Assembly (NCBI GenBank): GCA_903858105.1
Contig: CAIOHN010000192.1
Coordinates: forward strand, 1-48,001
Direction of reading: 5' to 3'
Length of the DNA stretch: 48,001 nt
DNA from: an uncultured Pseudomonadota bacterium
GTDB taxonomy: Bacteria > Pseudomonadota > Gammaproteobacteria > Methylococcales > Methylomonadaceae
Position numbers and translations under genes: made by a program. Below the pieces are notes generated by a model. The model did not search any database, was not told the DNA's origin, and saw only the letters and a list, made by a program, of their open reading frames with translations. This document shows, one piece after another, positions 27,532 through 37,406 of the stretch; within the stretch, counting starts at the first letter, position 1; each line of letters starts with the position of its first letter.

Positions 27532-27571
27532 CCCAAAACCATCACCGAGTACGCACAAAAACTAAAGCAGC

Positions 27572-27886
27572 TTACGCCGCCGCCTTATGCTCATGCGTAA
27601 AACAATCCTTAGGACAAACCTTAGAACACGCCTCACAGCCAATACAATCAGCCGCATTCTTCAAACTCATCACCATGCTGTTGTCATCGTCCTCAAAGTC
27701 GCCGTAGTCGTCGCCAAAATCCTCAGCTTCCAATACATCGTCTTTTTCGACCAAATCAAACACATCGCGCGGACAAACCTTGAAGCAACGCCCGCAACCA
27801 ATACAGGTGCGTTGGTTGATATCGGTCACATACGAGGGTGTCCAGACTGTGCCGCCATAGGTAACGCCGGTTACAAAATCACTCAT
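27572..27886 (-). CDS. fdxB: Ferredoxin III, nif-specific (2x 4Fe-4S)
   Basis: WTPSYV, CIGCGRCFKVCP, an acidic linker and CIGCEACSKVCP, downstream of nifX. Confidence 0.88.
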   Translation of the reverse strand: MSDFVTGVTYGGTVWTPSYVTDINQRTCIGCGRCFKVCPRDVFDLVEKDDVLEAEDFGDDYGDFEDDDNSMVMSLKNAADCIGCEACSKVCPKDCFTHEHKAAA

Positions 27887-27895
27887 CATTCCCCC

Positions 27896-28111
27896 TTACG
27901 CAGCTTCGCTGCTGGCAGCCAAGAATTTTTTGTTTGCTTCATCCCAGGCTTTGCAGGCATCGTAAGCAGTTTGCGCGATACCCATCAGTTCGCCGTAGGC
28001 ATCCGGCAATCTATCTTCGATCAAATCGTGCAATTCCATCGCCGCCTCGCTGGCCAGGCGCTTGGTTTTTTTAACGTCTTTTTCCAGTTTTTTAAGTTCT
28101 TCGTCGCTCAT
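27896..28111 (-). CDS. CCE_0567-family (Rop-like) nif-associated small protein
   Basis: AMELHDLIEDRLP...AQTAYDAC motif in its typical position between DUF269 and fdxB. Confidence 0.8.
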   Translation of the reverse strand: MSDEELKKLEKDVKKTKRLASEAAMELHDLIEDRLPDAYGELMGIAQTAYDACKAWDEANKKFLAASSEAA

Positions 28112-28119
28112 AACTCACC

Positions 28120-28593
28120 TCAAGCTTCGGCTACTTCTCTGTATTGCGTGATCAAGCCCAAGGCTTTTTCCAGGGCTACGTCGGTTTTTTCGTTCAGATC
28201 AGCCAGGCTTGGAAAGCCAAAGCGATGTACATCGCGCAAGACTTTATCCACCACAATCAACTTGCCGACCAACACCAAAGCCCGGCCAAAACCTTCGTGG
28301 GTAATATTGATAACCGGCACCGCCATCAGTCCGGATTTTTTCTCGATCAAGGATGCGATGCTGTTGTAATAGGCTTTAACCCGCGCCAAGGTAATTTCGT
28401 CAGGATCGCCGACGATAGGGATTTCGCGTTTGCGTTCTTTGGTCAACACCAATGGGTCGATAACTTTCTCATCCGACCAGCCATCGTAGGTGTCGTAAGT
28501 ATCCAGGGCGCGAAGTTGTTTCAGCATTTCGGTAACGATATCTGAAGTCATAAACGGGTCGCCGGCTTCGACGACTAATGCTGCTTGGGACAT
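28120..28593 (-). CDS. NifX-associated nitrogen fixation protein (DUF269)
   Basis: QLRALDTY, IPIVGDPD, HEGFGR and LRDVHRFGF motifs. Confidence 0.88.
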   Translation of the reverse strand: MSQAALVVEAGDPFMTSDIVTEMLKQLRALDTYDTYDGWSDEKVIDPLVLTKERKREIPIVGDPDEITLARVKAYYNSIASLIEKKSGLMAVPVINITHEGFGRALVLVGKLIVVDKVLRDVHRFGFPSLADLNEKTDVALEKALGLITQYREVAEA

Positions 28594-28671
28594 GGTGGTT
28601 CTCCTATGGGTTTTTGTTTAAGCGGTCTTCGGTTCTTGGCCGCTGCAAAGTATTTGTGTTGTGTCGCAACC

Positions 28672-28935
28672 GCGACGGTTTTCCCCCGTATGCCGCGCCG
28701 AGCACCGCAGTGTTTGGCGAGATTTGCCCGCTAGGGGTGCGGCATGGATGCCGCACGTCTGCAGAGGGGCAGGAAGCCCCTTCTGCAGACCCTTGCCAAA
28801 CGCTGTGGAGCGCAGGATATCAGCGGCATCCGGGTCGCCTTTTCTTTGGTTACTTTCTTTTGGCGAAGCAAAAGAAAGTAACTCGCCGGCCGGTGCGAGA
28901 ACCGGCTTTAAATTAAGCTTCGCGATAGCGAAACC
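28672..28935 (+). repeat. Structured dispersed repeat, copy 2
   Basis: Shares TATGCCGCGCCGAGCACCGCAG, GGAGCGCAGGAT, GCGGCATC and the CTTTTCTTT...TACTTT...GAAAGTA block with copy 1. Confidence 0.8.
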
Positions 28936-28962
28936 ACATAAACCAGATTGCAAAATATCAAA

Positions 28963-29448
28963 TCACTCATCCCAGCCTTCGGATTCCATTTCATCAAACC
29001 GTTCTGGATTTGGGCCTTTATACTGATTGATCGCCTTGGCCAGCCAGCTCGACGGCCCGGCTTTCATCTCTTTCTGCAGGTCGCTAATCAAATCCTTGAT
29101 AGTGCTGCCTTCTTGAACTTTGACCGGCTGAATGCCTTGGGCAAGAATTTGATTGATCGCCGATGCGCCAATGGCTTGGCAATACACTGCCGCGCAACCG
29201 TCCAGCAATTGAATCTTTACCGATAATTTGTCTTCGTTGCCGTCCTGAGCCAGTTCACCAAATTGGGCGGCTTCCATTAGCTCCGACTGCTCTGGATCGA
29301 CCGCATACACGGCGAAGGATTTGGCAGAACCGAAATGCTGATTCACATGAACCATGTCGGTGGTGGCAAAAGCGACTTTAATAGCGGTTTCCATGGGCAT
29401 CCTCTGTTCGTGGGTATGCAAAACCTGCATGCGGCGAGCTAATGACAT
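28963..29448 (-). CDS. nifX: Nitrogen fixation protein NifX
   Basis: [30 protein letters not shown] and WLAKA motifs, directly after nifN. Confidence 0.9.
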   Translation of the reverse strand: MSLARRMQVLHTHEQRMPMETAIKVAFATTDMVHVNQHFGSAKSFAVYAVDPEQSELMEAAQFGELAQDGNEDKLSVKIQLLDGCAAVYCQAIGASAINQILAQGIQPVKVQEGSTIKDLISDLQKEMKAGPSSWLAKAINQYKGPNPERFDEMESEGWDE

Positions 29449-30836
29449 GACGGCGAGCAGGTTTGGCGTTCGGATTCGGGTTTTTGGGCGTACGGCGAGT
29501 GATAAACCTCGATCTCTTCGTGGGCAAAATTAATCACCAGATTGGCCAGATCGAACAAGGCTTGCCGGGTGCCCCGATAGCCGATCCAGGTTTTTTGATA
29601 GCCGCCGATGATGTCGTATAAAGGAAAGCCCGCGCGTAACACCGGAATACCCAAGCGCTCGGCACTGGCTACAGCATGCGAGTTGCCGATCAGCAGTTGC
29701 GCTTTGCGCTCTTTAGCCATCAGTTCCAGGTCTTCCAGGTCGCCAATCTTGATGCTATCGACTGGCGCGGTCGCCAACACCGGCGCGTTGCCAGCAGCTA
29801 TGGCGACCACCACTTCCGCGCCCATGCCTTGCACCAAATGGATAAACGCATTGAGTTGATCGGGATCACCGGCAATCGCTACTCGTAATTGGCCAAGCAT
29901 GAAATGGGTATCCAACATGGCGTCCTGCAATTGCGCGCGTTGCCGTTCTATTTTTTGCGGCACCGGTTGCTCGCTGATCTCGGCCAAGGTGGCAATCAAG
30001 GCATCGTTGGCTTGCAACCCGTATAAATGATCGAAAAAGTGGCTGGGAACCCCGGTTTTTTCCTGTAGCAAATCACCGGCTTTGCGCAGCGAAGCACCGA
30101 TTATCAAGCTGGCTCTGGCTTCGCCGAGCGTGGCCAATTCAGAAACCGGCGTGCCGCCGATAGTTACCGGCGAGAAATCGTCGTCGGTCAGACTGCCATC
30201 CAGGGAATCGGATAAATCCGGCACCAGAACCGGGCGTAAATTGAATTGTTCGATCAAATCGCGCAAAGCTTCCAAATCGCCGGGGGTCAACATGGGGCTG
30301 ACCAGCACGTTCAACTGACGTTTACGATTGCCGGGCTTGGTACCGGCGATTTCGGCATTTGGCACCAGTTCCTTGACGATTTCGTAAATCGTGGCGGCAA
30401 AACCGCTTTCCACGCAGCCGGTAAAATCGGGGGTATTCACCGCGACCACCGCGACATGGGCGTATTCGGGATATTTATCGCGAAACTCGCGCAGATTGCG
30501 ATGAACGTCGCAGCCTTGGGTTTCTGCCAAGCCAGTGGTCAATACCGCGATCAGGGCTGGATTGGATTTTTCGGCGATAGCTCGAATACCCTCGATGACG
30601 TTTTCGTCAGCACCCAGTACCGAGCTGGCCTGATCCATGGCGGTGGTTTGCAGCGGAATCGGCTCGCGGAAATGCCGGACAAAAAACACTTTGGCAAAAG
30701 CCGTGCAGCCTTGCGAACCGTGCAACATCGGGATGGCCCGATCAAATCCCAAGCAGGCCAGCGAGCCGCCCATAGGCTGACTGGCTTTTAGCGGATTGAC
30801 CGACAGGGCTTTATTGCGTTTGACGATTTCGGCCAT
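29439..30836 (-). CDS. nifN: Nitrogenase FeMo-cofactor scaffold NifN
   Basis: [40 protein letters not shown] and [13 protein letters not shown] motifs. Confidence 0.97.
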   Translation of the reverse strand: MAEIVKRNKALSVNPLKASQPMGGSLACLGFDRAIPMLHGSQGCTAFAKVFFVRHFREPIPLQTTAMDQASSVLGADENVIEGIRAIAEKSNPALIAVLTTGLAETQGCDVHRNLREFRDKYPEYAHVAVVAVNTPDFTGCVESGFAATIYEIVKELVPNAEIAGTKPGNRKRQLNVLVSPMLTPGDLEALRDLIEQFNLRPVLVPDLSDSLDGSLTDDDFSPVTIGGTPVSELATLGEARASLIIGASLRKAGDLLQEKTGVPSHFFDHLYGLQANDALIATLAEISEQPVPQKIERQRAQLQDAMLDTHFMLGQLRVAIAGDPDQLNAFIHLVQGMGAEVVVAIAAGNAPVLATAPVDSIKIGDLEDLELMAKERKAQLLIGNSHAVASAERLGIPVLRAGFPLYDIIGGYQKTWIGYRGTRQALFDLANLVINFAHEEIEVYHSPYAQKPESERQTCSPSCH

Positions 30837-30839
30837 GGT

Positions 30840-32300
30840 TTAGACTCCAACGGCCTGCAGAACTTGCTGCTCAGTTGTATCGTTGGCCGCCGCTTCAACA
30901 GCCAGACTTGGCAATGACTTTGGTGTTTTCCAGGGTGGTGTCGCACGCACAGCTTCCCAAACCGGACTTTCCAGCGTCAGCGCCAACTGACGCACCAACT
31001 CCAGCATGCCTTGATAGCCTTCGTAGCCAAACTCGCGCTCCTGGTTAATATCCAGAAACGGAATCCGCGCTTTTAAGGCCGTGTACATATTGCGACCACC
31101 GGCGATCAGAATGTCGGCTTTGTAATCTGCAACCACTTTTAACAAGGCTTTCGGGCTGCCGTCTTCTATCATCAGCGTGTCTTCGCCCATCAGTTCGCGA
31201 ATCCGGGCTTTGTCTTCTTCAGTCGATTTTTTGGTGCCAGTGGCGACCACTACCATACCCAGATCTTGCAAAGCCGAGATCACCGACCAGCTTTTTACGC
31301 CGCCGGTAAACAGTAATACCCGCTTGCCTTTTAATCGGGTTTTCCAAGGGGCCAAAGCCTCGCGGATACGGTTTTCTTCGCGGGCGATAATCGCTTCGGT
31401 GCGCTCGATTAAATCAGCATCGTTAATCACCCGGGCAAAGTCGCGCAGAGCTTGACTGGTATCGGTAATGCCGTAAAAGCTGCCTTCAAACCAAGGCGTA
31501 CCGTATTGTTGTTGCAACCGGCGCGCCACGTTAACCATGGCTTTGGAGCAGACCATCATGTTGACTTCGGCTTTGTGCATGGTTTGCACTTCTCTAAACC
31601 GGGCGTCGCCTGACAAGGTACATAGCACCCGCAAGCCCATTTCGTCGAGTAAAGGCAGCACATGCCAAAACTCGCCGGCGATGTTGTATTCGCCGACCAA
31701 ATTCACGTCATGCACGGTAATGCCGGGGCGTTCGGTGCCCAGCGGCAGTGGATCAGGATCGCGAGTACCGATCACATGATTGACCATCGCGTCACCGGCA
31801 ATTCGGTTACCCAGATTTTTGGTGCCGTAAAAACCGGCGCAATCGATAGGCACGACCGGCACGCCCCAGCGTTCGGCGGCGGATTTGCAGGTGGCATTAA
31901 TGTCGTCGCCCACCAAGGCAGGTACGCAGGTGTTGTAGATGAATACGGCTGGCGGGTTGTAGCTTTCCACGGCTTGTTTGATGGCATGAAACAGGCGCTT
32001 TTCGCTACGGCCCATCACCACATCTTGTTCGGTTAAATCGGTGGTCATGCCGATGCGGTAAAGTTCTGACCCGGATGAACGCGTGCCGCGGTTATCCCAG
32101 GAGCTACCGGCGCAAGCAATCGGGCCGTGGACGATATGCGCCACGTCGGCAATCGGTAATAAAGCAATCTGTGCGCCATCAAAAGCGCAACCGCCCGCCG
32201 CAGAACCGGGTTTGGGTTTGGCGCAGCCGGATTTTTCCTTCTTGTTATGCTCGCAAGCCGGTTCGTCCAGCAGTTCCGCAATGTCTTTGGTCGATTTCAT
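30840..32300 (-). CDS. nifE: Nitrogenase FeMo-cofactor scaffold NifE
   Basis: [32 protein letters not shown] and FLDINQER motifs. Confidence 0.97.
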   Translation of the reverse strand: MKSTKDIAELLDEPACEHNKKEKSGCAKPKPGSAAGGCAFDGAQIALLPIADVAHIVHGPIACAGSSWDNRGTRSSGSELYRIGMTTDLTEQDVVMGRSEKRLFHAIKQAVESYNPPAVFIYNTCVPALVGDDINATCKSAAERWGVPVVPIDCAGFYGTKNLGNRIAGDAMVNHVIGTRDPDPLPLGTERPGITVHDVNLVGEYNIAGEFWHVLPLLDEMGLRVLCTLSGDARFREVQTMHKAEVNMMVCSKAMVNVARRLQQQYGTPWFEGSFYGITDTSQALRDFARVINDADLIERTEAIIAREENRIREALAPWKTRLKGKRVLLFTGGVKSWSVISALQDLGMVVVATGTKKSTEEDKARIRELMGEDTLMIEDGSPKALLKVVADYKADILIAGGRNMYTALKARIPFLDINQEREFGYEGYQGMLELVRQLALTLESPVWEAVRATPPWKTPKSLPSLAVEAAANDTTEQQVLQAVGV

Positions 32301-32330
32301 GGCACAACCTCAAGGTTTTTATATCCATAA

Positions 32331-32347
32331 TGCAACGGATATGCCAG
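32331..32347 (-). promoter_or_regulatory. sigma54 promoter of nifENX
   Basis: Minus strand CTGGCATATCCGTTGCA, a near-consensus GG-N10-GC site. Confidence 0.9.
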
Positions 32348-32390
32348 ATCATAAGCCTATGAATCTTATAAGTTTTCCCTTGATATTTTT

Positions 32391-32406
32391 TGTAGCAAAC
32401 CCGACA
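32391..32406. promoter_or_regulatory. NifA upstream activator sequence
   Basis: TGT-AGCAAACCCG-ACA (TGT-N10-ACA) upstream of the sigma54 site, with an AT-rich spacer between them. Confidence 0.75.
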
Positions 32407-32468
32407 ATCCGGCTTTAGCGTCTGACAAAGCGTGTGCGATTTCGCGTTACTGTTTAGCTTGTTTGATC

Positions 32469-33278
32469 ATGTTAGAGGAATATTTTCATTATCTAGGGGT
32501 ACGTACTAGCGGTCGCGGCGCACGATTGTTGGGATATGCACACGAGGCCGCCGCCCTGCAGGTGCGGCATCGGCGTTGCCGGGCGGCGTGGCAATCGCAC
32601 ATCCAGGCAACGCACAAGGCTTTGCTGACAGCCGCGCATGCCTTGCCAAATGCGGGCGGTACTGCTTTGATCATCGGCGGCGGCAATGTCCACGATCTGC
32701 CCGTCAGGCAATTACTGAATTGTTTTGAGCAGATCGTACTGCTGGATATTGCTTTTGCCTATTCGACTCGGCGGCTGGCCGCTCGCTGGCCAGGCCGGGT
32801 AGTCTGCTGCCTGCACGATGTCACTAGTGTGGTGGATTGGCTGGCTAAGCACCGCAAACTACCGCCAGAAATACTGTTTAGCACGCCTGAACTACCGGCT
32901 TTTTCGCCTCACCCCCGCTGGGTGGCATCGGTAAATTGCTTGAGCCAATTACCTTTACTACCGATTGACTGGCTATATGATCACGACGTCAATCAAGCAG
33001 AACTGGAGTGGTTCGGCCAAAAGTTGATACAAGCCCACCTTAATTGGTTGAGAGCCTGGCAGACACCGGTCTGTTTGATTACAGAAATTGAAGATCAACG
33101 TTTCAATCGGCATAACGTTGTCGAGGAAGTCATCGACTATCGCCCGCTACTTAGAGAATTTTTGCAGCCAGCGCGCCGCGTGGCTGGCTGGACCTGGCGT
33201 TTAAAACCGCCCGGTGAATTGAGTGATGGCCGTTGGGAATCCCGGATTGTCGAGGCTTATGTTATTGATCGGCAGTAA
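32469..33278 (+). CDS. Hypothetical protein, possible SAM-binding/methyltransferase-like fold
   Basis: ALIIGGG..DLP, IVLLDI, HDVT and VASVNCLSQLP motifs. Confidence 0.7.
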   Translation: MLEEYFHYLGVRTSGRGARLLGYAHEAAALQVRHRRCRAAWQSHIQATHKALLTAAHALPNAGGTALIIGGGNVHDLPVRQLLNCFEQIVLLDIAFAYSTRRLAARWPGRVVCCLHDVTSVVDWLAKHRKLPPEILFSTPELPAFSPHPRWVASVNCLSQLPLLPIDWLYDHDVNQAELEWFGQKLIQAHLNWLRAWQTPVCLITEIEDQRFNRHNVVEEVIDYRPLLREFLQPARRVAGWTWRLKPPGELSDGRWESRIVEAYVIDRQ

Positions 33279-33294
33279 AAGAGTAATTTTAATA

Positions 33295-33328
33295 CCCTCA
33301 TCCCAACCTTCTCCCTGAGGGAGAAGGT
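33295..33328. repeat. REP-like palindrome or bidirectional terminator between convergent genes
   Basis: CCCTCATCCCA followed by a perfect 10-bp stem ACCTTCTCCC-TGA-GGGAGAAGGT. Confidence 0.6.
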
Positions 33329-33389
33329 GTTTTTAAAAGCTTTTGCTTATCGCGGCAAGTCTGCCGCAATCCTAACTCGCGGGAACAAA

Positions 33390-33590
33390 CTAGAACGCGC
33401 AGCCCGATTTAATACCAAACTTTTTCAAGATTATCGCCAACGGACAAAAGCCGCTGAACGAGGCTTGCAATAAATTGGCACCGACAAAGGCGGTAAACCA
33501 CAACCAATTCGGCGAATGCCAATGCGCCAGCGCCAGACTAAGCAAAACAAACGAGCCGGCAAATGCCATTACCATGCGATCAATAGACAT
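33390..33590 (-). CDS. DUF2892 (YgaP-like) membrane protein
   Basis: [26 protein letters not shown]; located next to sqr. Confidence 0.85.
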   Translation of the reverse strand: MSIDRMVMAFAGSFVLLSLALAHWHSPNWLWFTAFVGANLLQASFSGFCPLAIILKKFGIKSGCAF

Positions 33591-33599
33591 AATTTTCTC

Positions 33600-34877
33600 C
33601 TATTTCAAACGTACCACACCTAAAAACTTCAGAATCAGACGCTCATAAAACGGCTCACTGATGCCGTTTTTGATTTTGCGCATAAAGTATTTTTCAAAGC
33701 CGATTTTAGCCAGATGCACCCATTTGCCGTGGTTGGACCAGGTGGTGTTTCTGGGCGGAATTTGCGGCACTGCCAAAAACGCCACACCGGTATCGCCCAA
33801 ATCGGCCAGACATAATGCGCTGAGGCTTGGAATATCCGTCGGTTGCTTGTCGGCCAGTTCGTCGCGAATATTATGCGCAGTTGCAGTTACCATAGACTCG
33901 ATCATATAGCCGGTTTTGGGTGTGCCGGTTGGTACCGGCGTTTTTTCCACCGGCGGCAATGCGACGCAAACACCCACCGAATAGATATTTTTGTAAGTCG
34001 GATTGCGCTGATGTTGATCGACAATCACAAAGCCACGCGGATTGGTCAAACCTTCTGCGCCGCAATGCCGCACGGCATCTACACCAGTAAAGGCTGGCAA
34101 CATCATCGAATGTTTGAACGGCACTTCATGCTTTTTCTTGTCATTGCCATCTTCATCCACTTCCGTGACATACATCATGCCCGCTTCGATTTTATCGACC
34201 TTGGCATTGGTGATCCATTTGATGGTTTTGTCGCGCAATGCGCTTTCCAGTAAACCTTTGGTGTCGCCAACGCCGCCCAGGCCTAAATGGCCGATGTACG
34301 GTTCGGCGGTAACAAAGGTCATCGGCACTTTGTCGCGGATTTTACGTTTACGCAGTTCGGTTTCCAGAATCATCAGATATTCGTATGCTGGGCCAAAGCA
34401 CGACGCGCCTTGCACCGCACCGATTACAATCGGGCCGGGGTCGGTCATAAATCTATCCCAATCCTGCGCCGCGACAGCCGCATGATCGACATGACAAACC
34501 GATGAGGTATGTCCGCCGTGCGGGCCTAAACCCGGTACTTCGTCGAACGCCAGCCGCGGGCCGGTAGCGATGATGAGGAAATCGTATTCAACAGACGAGC
34601 CATCGGCCAAATCAATTTTGTTATTGGCAGGATCGACTTTAGTGGCGGCTTTTTGAATAAAAGTAATGCCTTTTTTGGCCATCACCGGTGCCAGTTCGAT
34701 TTTTAAATCTTCCGGTTTGCGCCATTTAGGCGGCACCCAGGGGTTGGAGGGGACAAAATGGAAGGTCGGTGAATCGGATATCACCACCACCTCGTGCGCA
34801 TTACCCACAGTTTCCTTCATTTCATAAGCCATCGGCACTCCGCCGATCCCTGCGCCTAACACCACAATTCTCGCCAT
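33600..34877 (-). CDS. sqr: Sulfide:quinone oxidoreductase
   Basis: GAGIGG FAD motif, FVPSNPW, GASCFGPAYE, EPYIGHLGLGGVG, PKTGYMIESM and CLADLGD motifs. Confidence 0.92.
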   Translation of the reverse strand: MARIVVLGAGIGGVPMAYEMKETVGNAHEVVVISDSPTFHFVPSNPWVPPKWRKPEDLKIELAPVMAKKGITFIQKAATKVDPANNKIDLADGSSVEYDFLIIATGPRLAFDEVPGLGPHGGHTSSVCHVDHAAVAAQDWDRFMTDPGPIVIGAVQGASCFGPAYEYLMILETELRKRKIRDKVPMTFVTAEPYIGHLGLGGVGDTKGLLESALRDKTIKWITNAKVDKIEAGMMYVTEVDEDGNDKKKHEVPFKHSMMLPAFTGVDAVRHCGAEGLTNPRGFVIVDQHQRNPTYKNIYSVGVCVALPPVEKTPVPTGTPKTGYMIESMVTATAHNIRDELADKQPTDIPSLSALCLADLGDTGVAFLAVPQIPPRNTTWSNHGKWVHLAKIGFEKYFMRKIKNGISEPFYERLILKFLGVVRLK

Positions 34878-35080
34878 GACAATCTCCTCGCTGCTATTTA
34901 GATGAACACCGTTATCAAATAATTATTATTTTTTGCATTGTTATATGCCTGAATAACGAGCAACTCAAGAGTATTAGAACTCTCTAACATAATCAACTTA
35001 AATATTCCCGCCCTTTCTGGCTTTTGATGCGGTTTAACACTGAGTACAATGACCTACCCTAGCCGAAGCGGAATAACATC

Positions 35081-35476
35081 ATGACCAATCAACACGACTC
35101 AGACCAAGCCTGGCGCGAAAAGCTGACCCCGGAGCAATTCCATGTCTGCCGGGAAAAAGGCACAGAACCGCCGTTTACCGGCAAATATACCGATTGCGAT
35201 GAAGCTGGCGTTTACCGCTGCGTGTGTTGCGGCCATGCTTTATTCACCTCCGAACAGAAGTTTCATTCCGGTTGCGGCTGGCCGAGTTTTTGGCATCCGC
35301 TGGACTCTAATAGCCTTAACGAACAACCGGATACCAGCCACGGTATGCGCCGAGTGGAAGTCACCTGCCAATCCTGCGGCGCCCATCTCGGTCATGTATT
35401 TGAAGACGGCCCGCAACCCACCGGCCTGCGCTATTGCATCAATTCGGTTGCGCTAACCCTGGAAAAAAAATCATGA
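35081..35476 (+). CDS. msrB: Peptide-methionine (R)-S-oxide reductase
   Basis: [26 protein letters not shown] and RYCINS motifs. Confidence 0.97.
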   Translation: MTNQHDSDQAWREKLTPEQFHVCREKGTEPPFTGKYTDCDEAGVYRCVCCGHALFTSEQKFHSGCGWPSFWHPLDSNSLNEQPDTSHGMRRVEVTCQSCGAHLGHVFEDGPQPTGLRYCINSVALTLEKKS

Positions 35477-36777
35477 TCGCCAGTCAACAGGTGCAAGATC
35501 TGCTGGATTTCATCGACGCCAGCCCCAGCCCGTGGCATGCGGTTGCTACGATTGAACAACGTTTACAGGCGTTTCAATTCCAGCGCCTCAACGAAAGCGA
35601 TGCCTGGTGTTTAAATCCGGGCGGTCGTTATTATGTAGTGCGTGACGATTCGTCCATCGCCGCCTTTGTGGTCGGTCGCCAGGATTTGGCTGAAACCGGC
35701 TTTAAAATTCTGGGTGCGCATACCGATTCTCCTGGCTTACGCGTCAAGCCTCAGCCCGTTTTAGAATCTGATCAACTACTGCGTCTGGCGGTGGAAGTCT
35801 ATGGCGGGCCGATTTTAGCCACCTTTACTGACCGCGACCTGAGTCTGGCGGGCCGGATTGCTTATCTTGACGATGACGGCACTATCGCCAGCCGCTTGCT
35901 GCGCTTTGACGAAGCGCTGCTGCGTTTACCCAATCTGGCGATTCATATGAATCGCGGCGTCAACGAAGACGGCTTAAAGCTGCACAAACAAAACGAATTG
36001 GCACCGATTTTCGCCAGCAGCGTGGAGCAGCAACTACCCTCTGATCGCTTGCGACAACTCCTGGAACACCAAAGCGGCATAGTGGCTGATCGCATTTTAA
36101 GCTGGGAATTAAATGTCTATGACACCCAAAAAGGCGTGCTCTGGGGCGAAGAACAACAGTTTTACGCCGACAGCCAACTGGACAATTTAGCCTCTTGTCA
36201 CGCCAGCTTGAGTGCTTTACTGGCTGAAAAATCTCTCAACAGCGACAGCACCTTGGTTTGCGCATTTTTCGACCATGAAGAAATCGGTAGCGAAAGCTGC
36301 AAAGGTGCGGCGGGTAGCTTTCTGCCTGACGTGCTGGAGCGCATTGCGCAAGGCGTTTGTCATCAGCCTGACCAATACCGGCGCGTGCTGGCTAACAGCT
36401 TTATGATCAGCGCCGACATGGCGCATGCCTATCAACCAAACTTTCCGACGGCTTACGAGCCAAATCATAAAATCCTGGTCAATCATGGGCCGGTAATCAA
36501 GTTAAACGTTAACCATCGCTACGCCTCAGAGTGCATTTCTGAAGCGATGTTTATGCGTATTTGTCAACAAGCCGACGTACCCTATCAAAAATACGCGCAT
36601 CGCGGCGACCTGCCCTGCGGCAGCACCATCGGGCCAATAGCCTCGGCCAAATTGGGTATCCGTAGCGTGGATGTAGGATCACCCATGTGGGCTATGCATA
36701 GTCTGCGCGAAAGTGCTGGAGTTGCCGACCACCTTTTTATGATCCAGGCACTGCGGGGATTTTTCGGCAACCACTGA
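35473..36777 (+). CDS. M18-family (aspartyl) aminopeptidase
   Basis: SPSPWHA, GAHTDSP, LDNL, DHEEIGS, SADMAHA, CGSTIGP and MHS motifs. ATGA overlap with msrB. Confidence 0.93.
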   Translation: MIASQQVQDLLDFIDASPSPWHAVATIEQRLQAFQFQRLNESDAWCLNPGGRYYVVRDDSSIAAFVVGRQDLAETGFKILGAHTDSPGLRVKPQPVLESDQLLRLAVEVYGGPILATFTDRDLSLAGRIAYLDDDGTIASRLLRFDEALLRLPNLAIHMNRGVNEDGLKLHKQNELAPIFASSVEQQLPSDRLRQLLEHQSGIVADRILSWELNVYDTQKGVLWGEEQQFYADSQLDNLASCHASLSALLAEKSLNSDSTLVCAFFDHEEIGSESCKGAAGSFLPDVLERIAQGVCHQPDQYRRVLANSFMISADMAHAYQPNFPTAYEPNHKILVNHGPVIKLNVNHRYASECISEAMFMRICQQADVPYQKYAHRGDLPCGSTIGPIASAKLGIRSVDVGSPMWAMHSLRESAGVADHLFMIQALRGFFGNH

Positions 36778-36824
36778 TTTTTCAACTATCCTTGCCTGAT
36801 GATTTTATCCGGTAGGGAATAAGC

Positions 36825-37406
36825 TTGGTCTCCGTCCTTTTCGCTGCAGATGCCTTGTGGTTGCGGCGTGTTCTTGTGTTGCTGAAATGCTGCTTACTGT
36901 GCTGCTGCGTCCTCAGTCAGTCGCAGGCGGATGACCGTGGTCTGGAATATAAAGTCAAGGCTGCCTATCTATACAATTTCACCAAATTCATCACCTGGCC
37001 GGAAAAAAGCAGCGCCACATTTAATATATGTATTATCGGTAACGATCCTTTCGGTAATTTACTGGACACGCTGGAAAGCAAAACCGTGCAGGACAAGCCA
37101 ATTCGTCTGCGCAGAATAGATTCGATCAAGCAGGCCAAGGAATGCGATATAGTCTATTTCGACAACCCCGATCAGCGTGCCGAGTTGTCATTGCCGGGCG
37201 TATTAATGGTCGGCTCCCTAAAAAACTCCCTGACAGTCAGTAGTGATCCTTTTTTTGCCGAAACCGGAGGCATGATAGGGTTTGCGCTGGATGACGGCAA
37301 AGTCAAACTGCATATTAATCTCAAAGCCTTAAAGCAAGGCGGCTTGACTATCAGCGCCAAGTTAATCGAAGTAGCCACTATTGTGGGAGGCAGCGAGCAT
37401 GAGTAA
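36825..37406 (+). CDS. YfiR-family periplasmic protein
   Basis: EYKVKAAYLYNFTKFITWP, ICIIGNDPFG, GGMIGF and LTISAKL motifs. The start is uncertain. Confidence 0.88.
   Translation: MVSVLFAADALWLRRVLVLLKCCLLCCCVLSQSQADDRGLEYKVKAAYLYNFTKFITWPEKSSATFNICIIGNDPFGNLLDTLESKTVQDKPIRLRRIDSIKQAKECDIVYFDNPDQRAELSLPGVLMVGSLKNSLTVSSDPFFAETGGMIGFALDDGKVKLHINLKALKQGGLTISAKLIEVATIVGGSEHE

Noticed and set aside
26344-28369. Long + strand ORFs (262 aa and 260 aa) antisense to nif accessory genes
   Set aside because: Shadow ORFs opposite clearly recognisable minus-strand genes.
27194-28935. CRISPR array or tRNA/rRNA interpretation of the repeats
   Set aside because: There are only two long copies with no repeat-spacer periodicity, no cas genes, and no cloverleaf or rRNA signatures.
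28578-29026. ORFs of 111-121 aa over repeat copy 2
   Set aside because: Spurious translations of the same repeat family.
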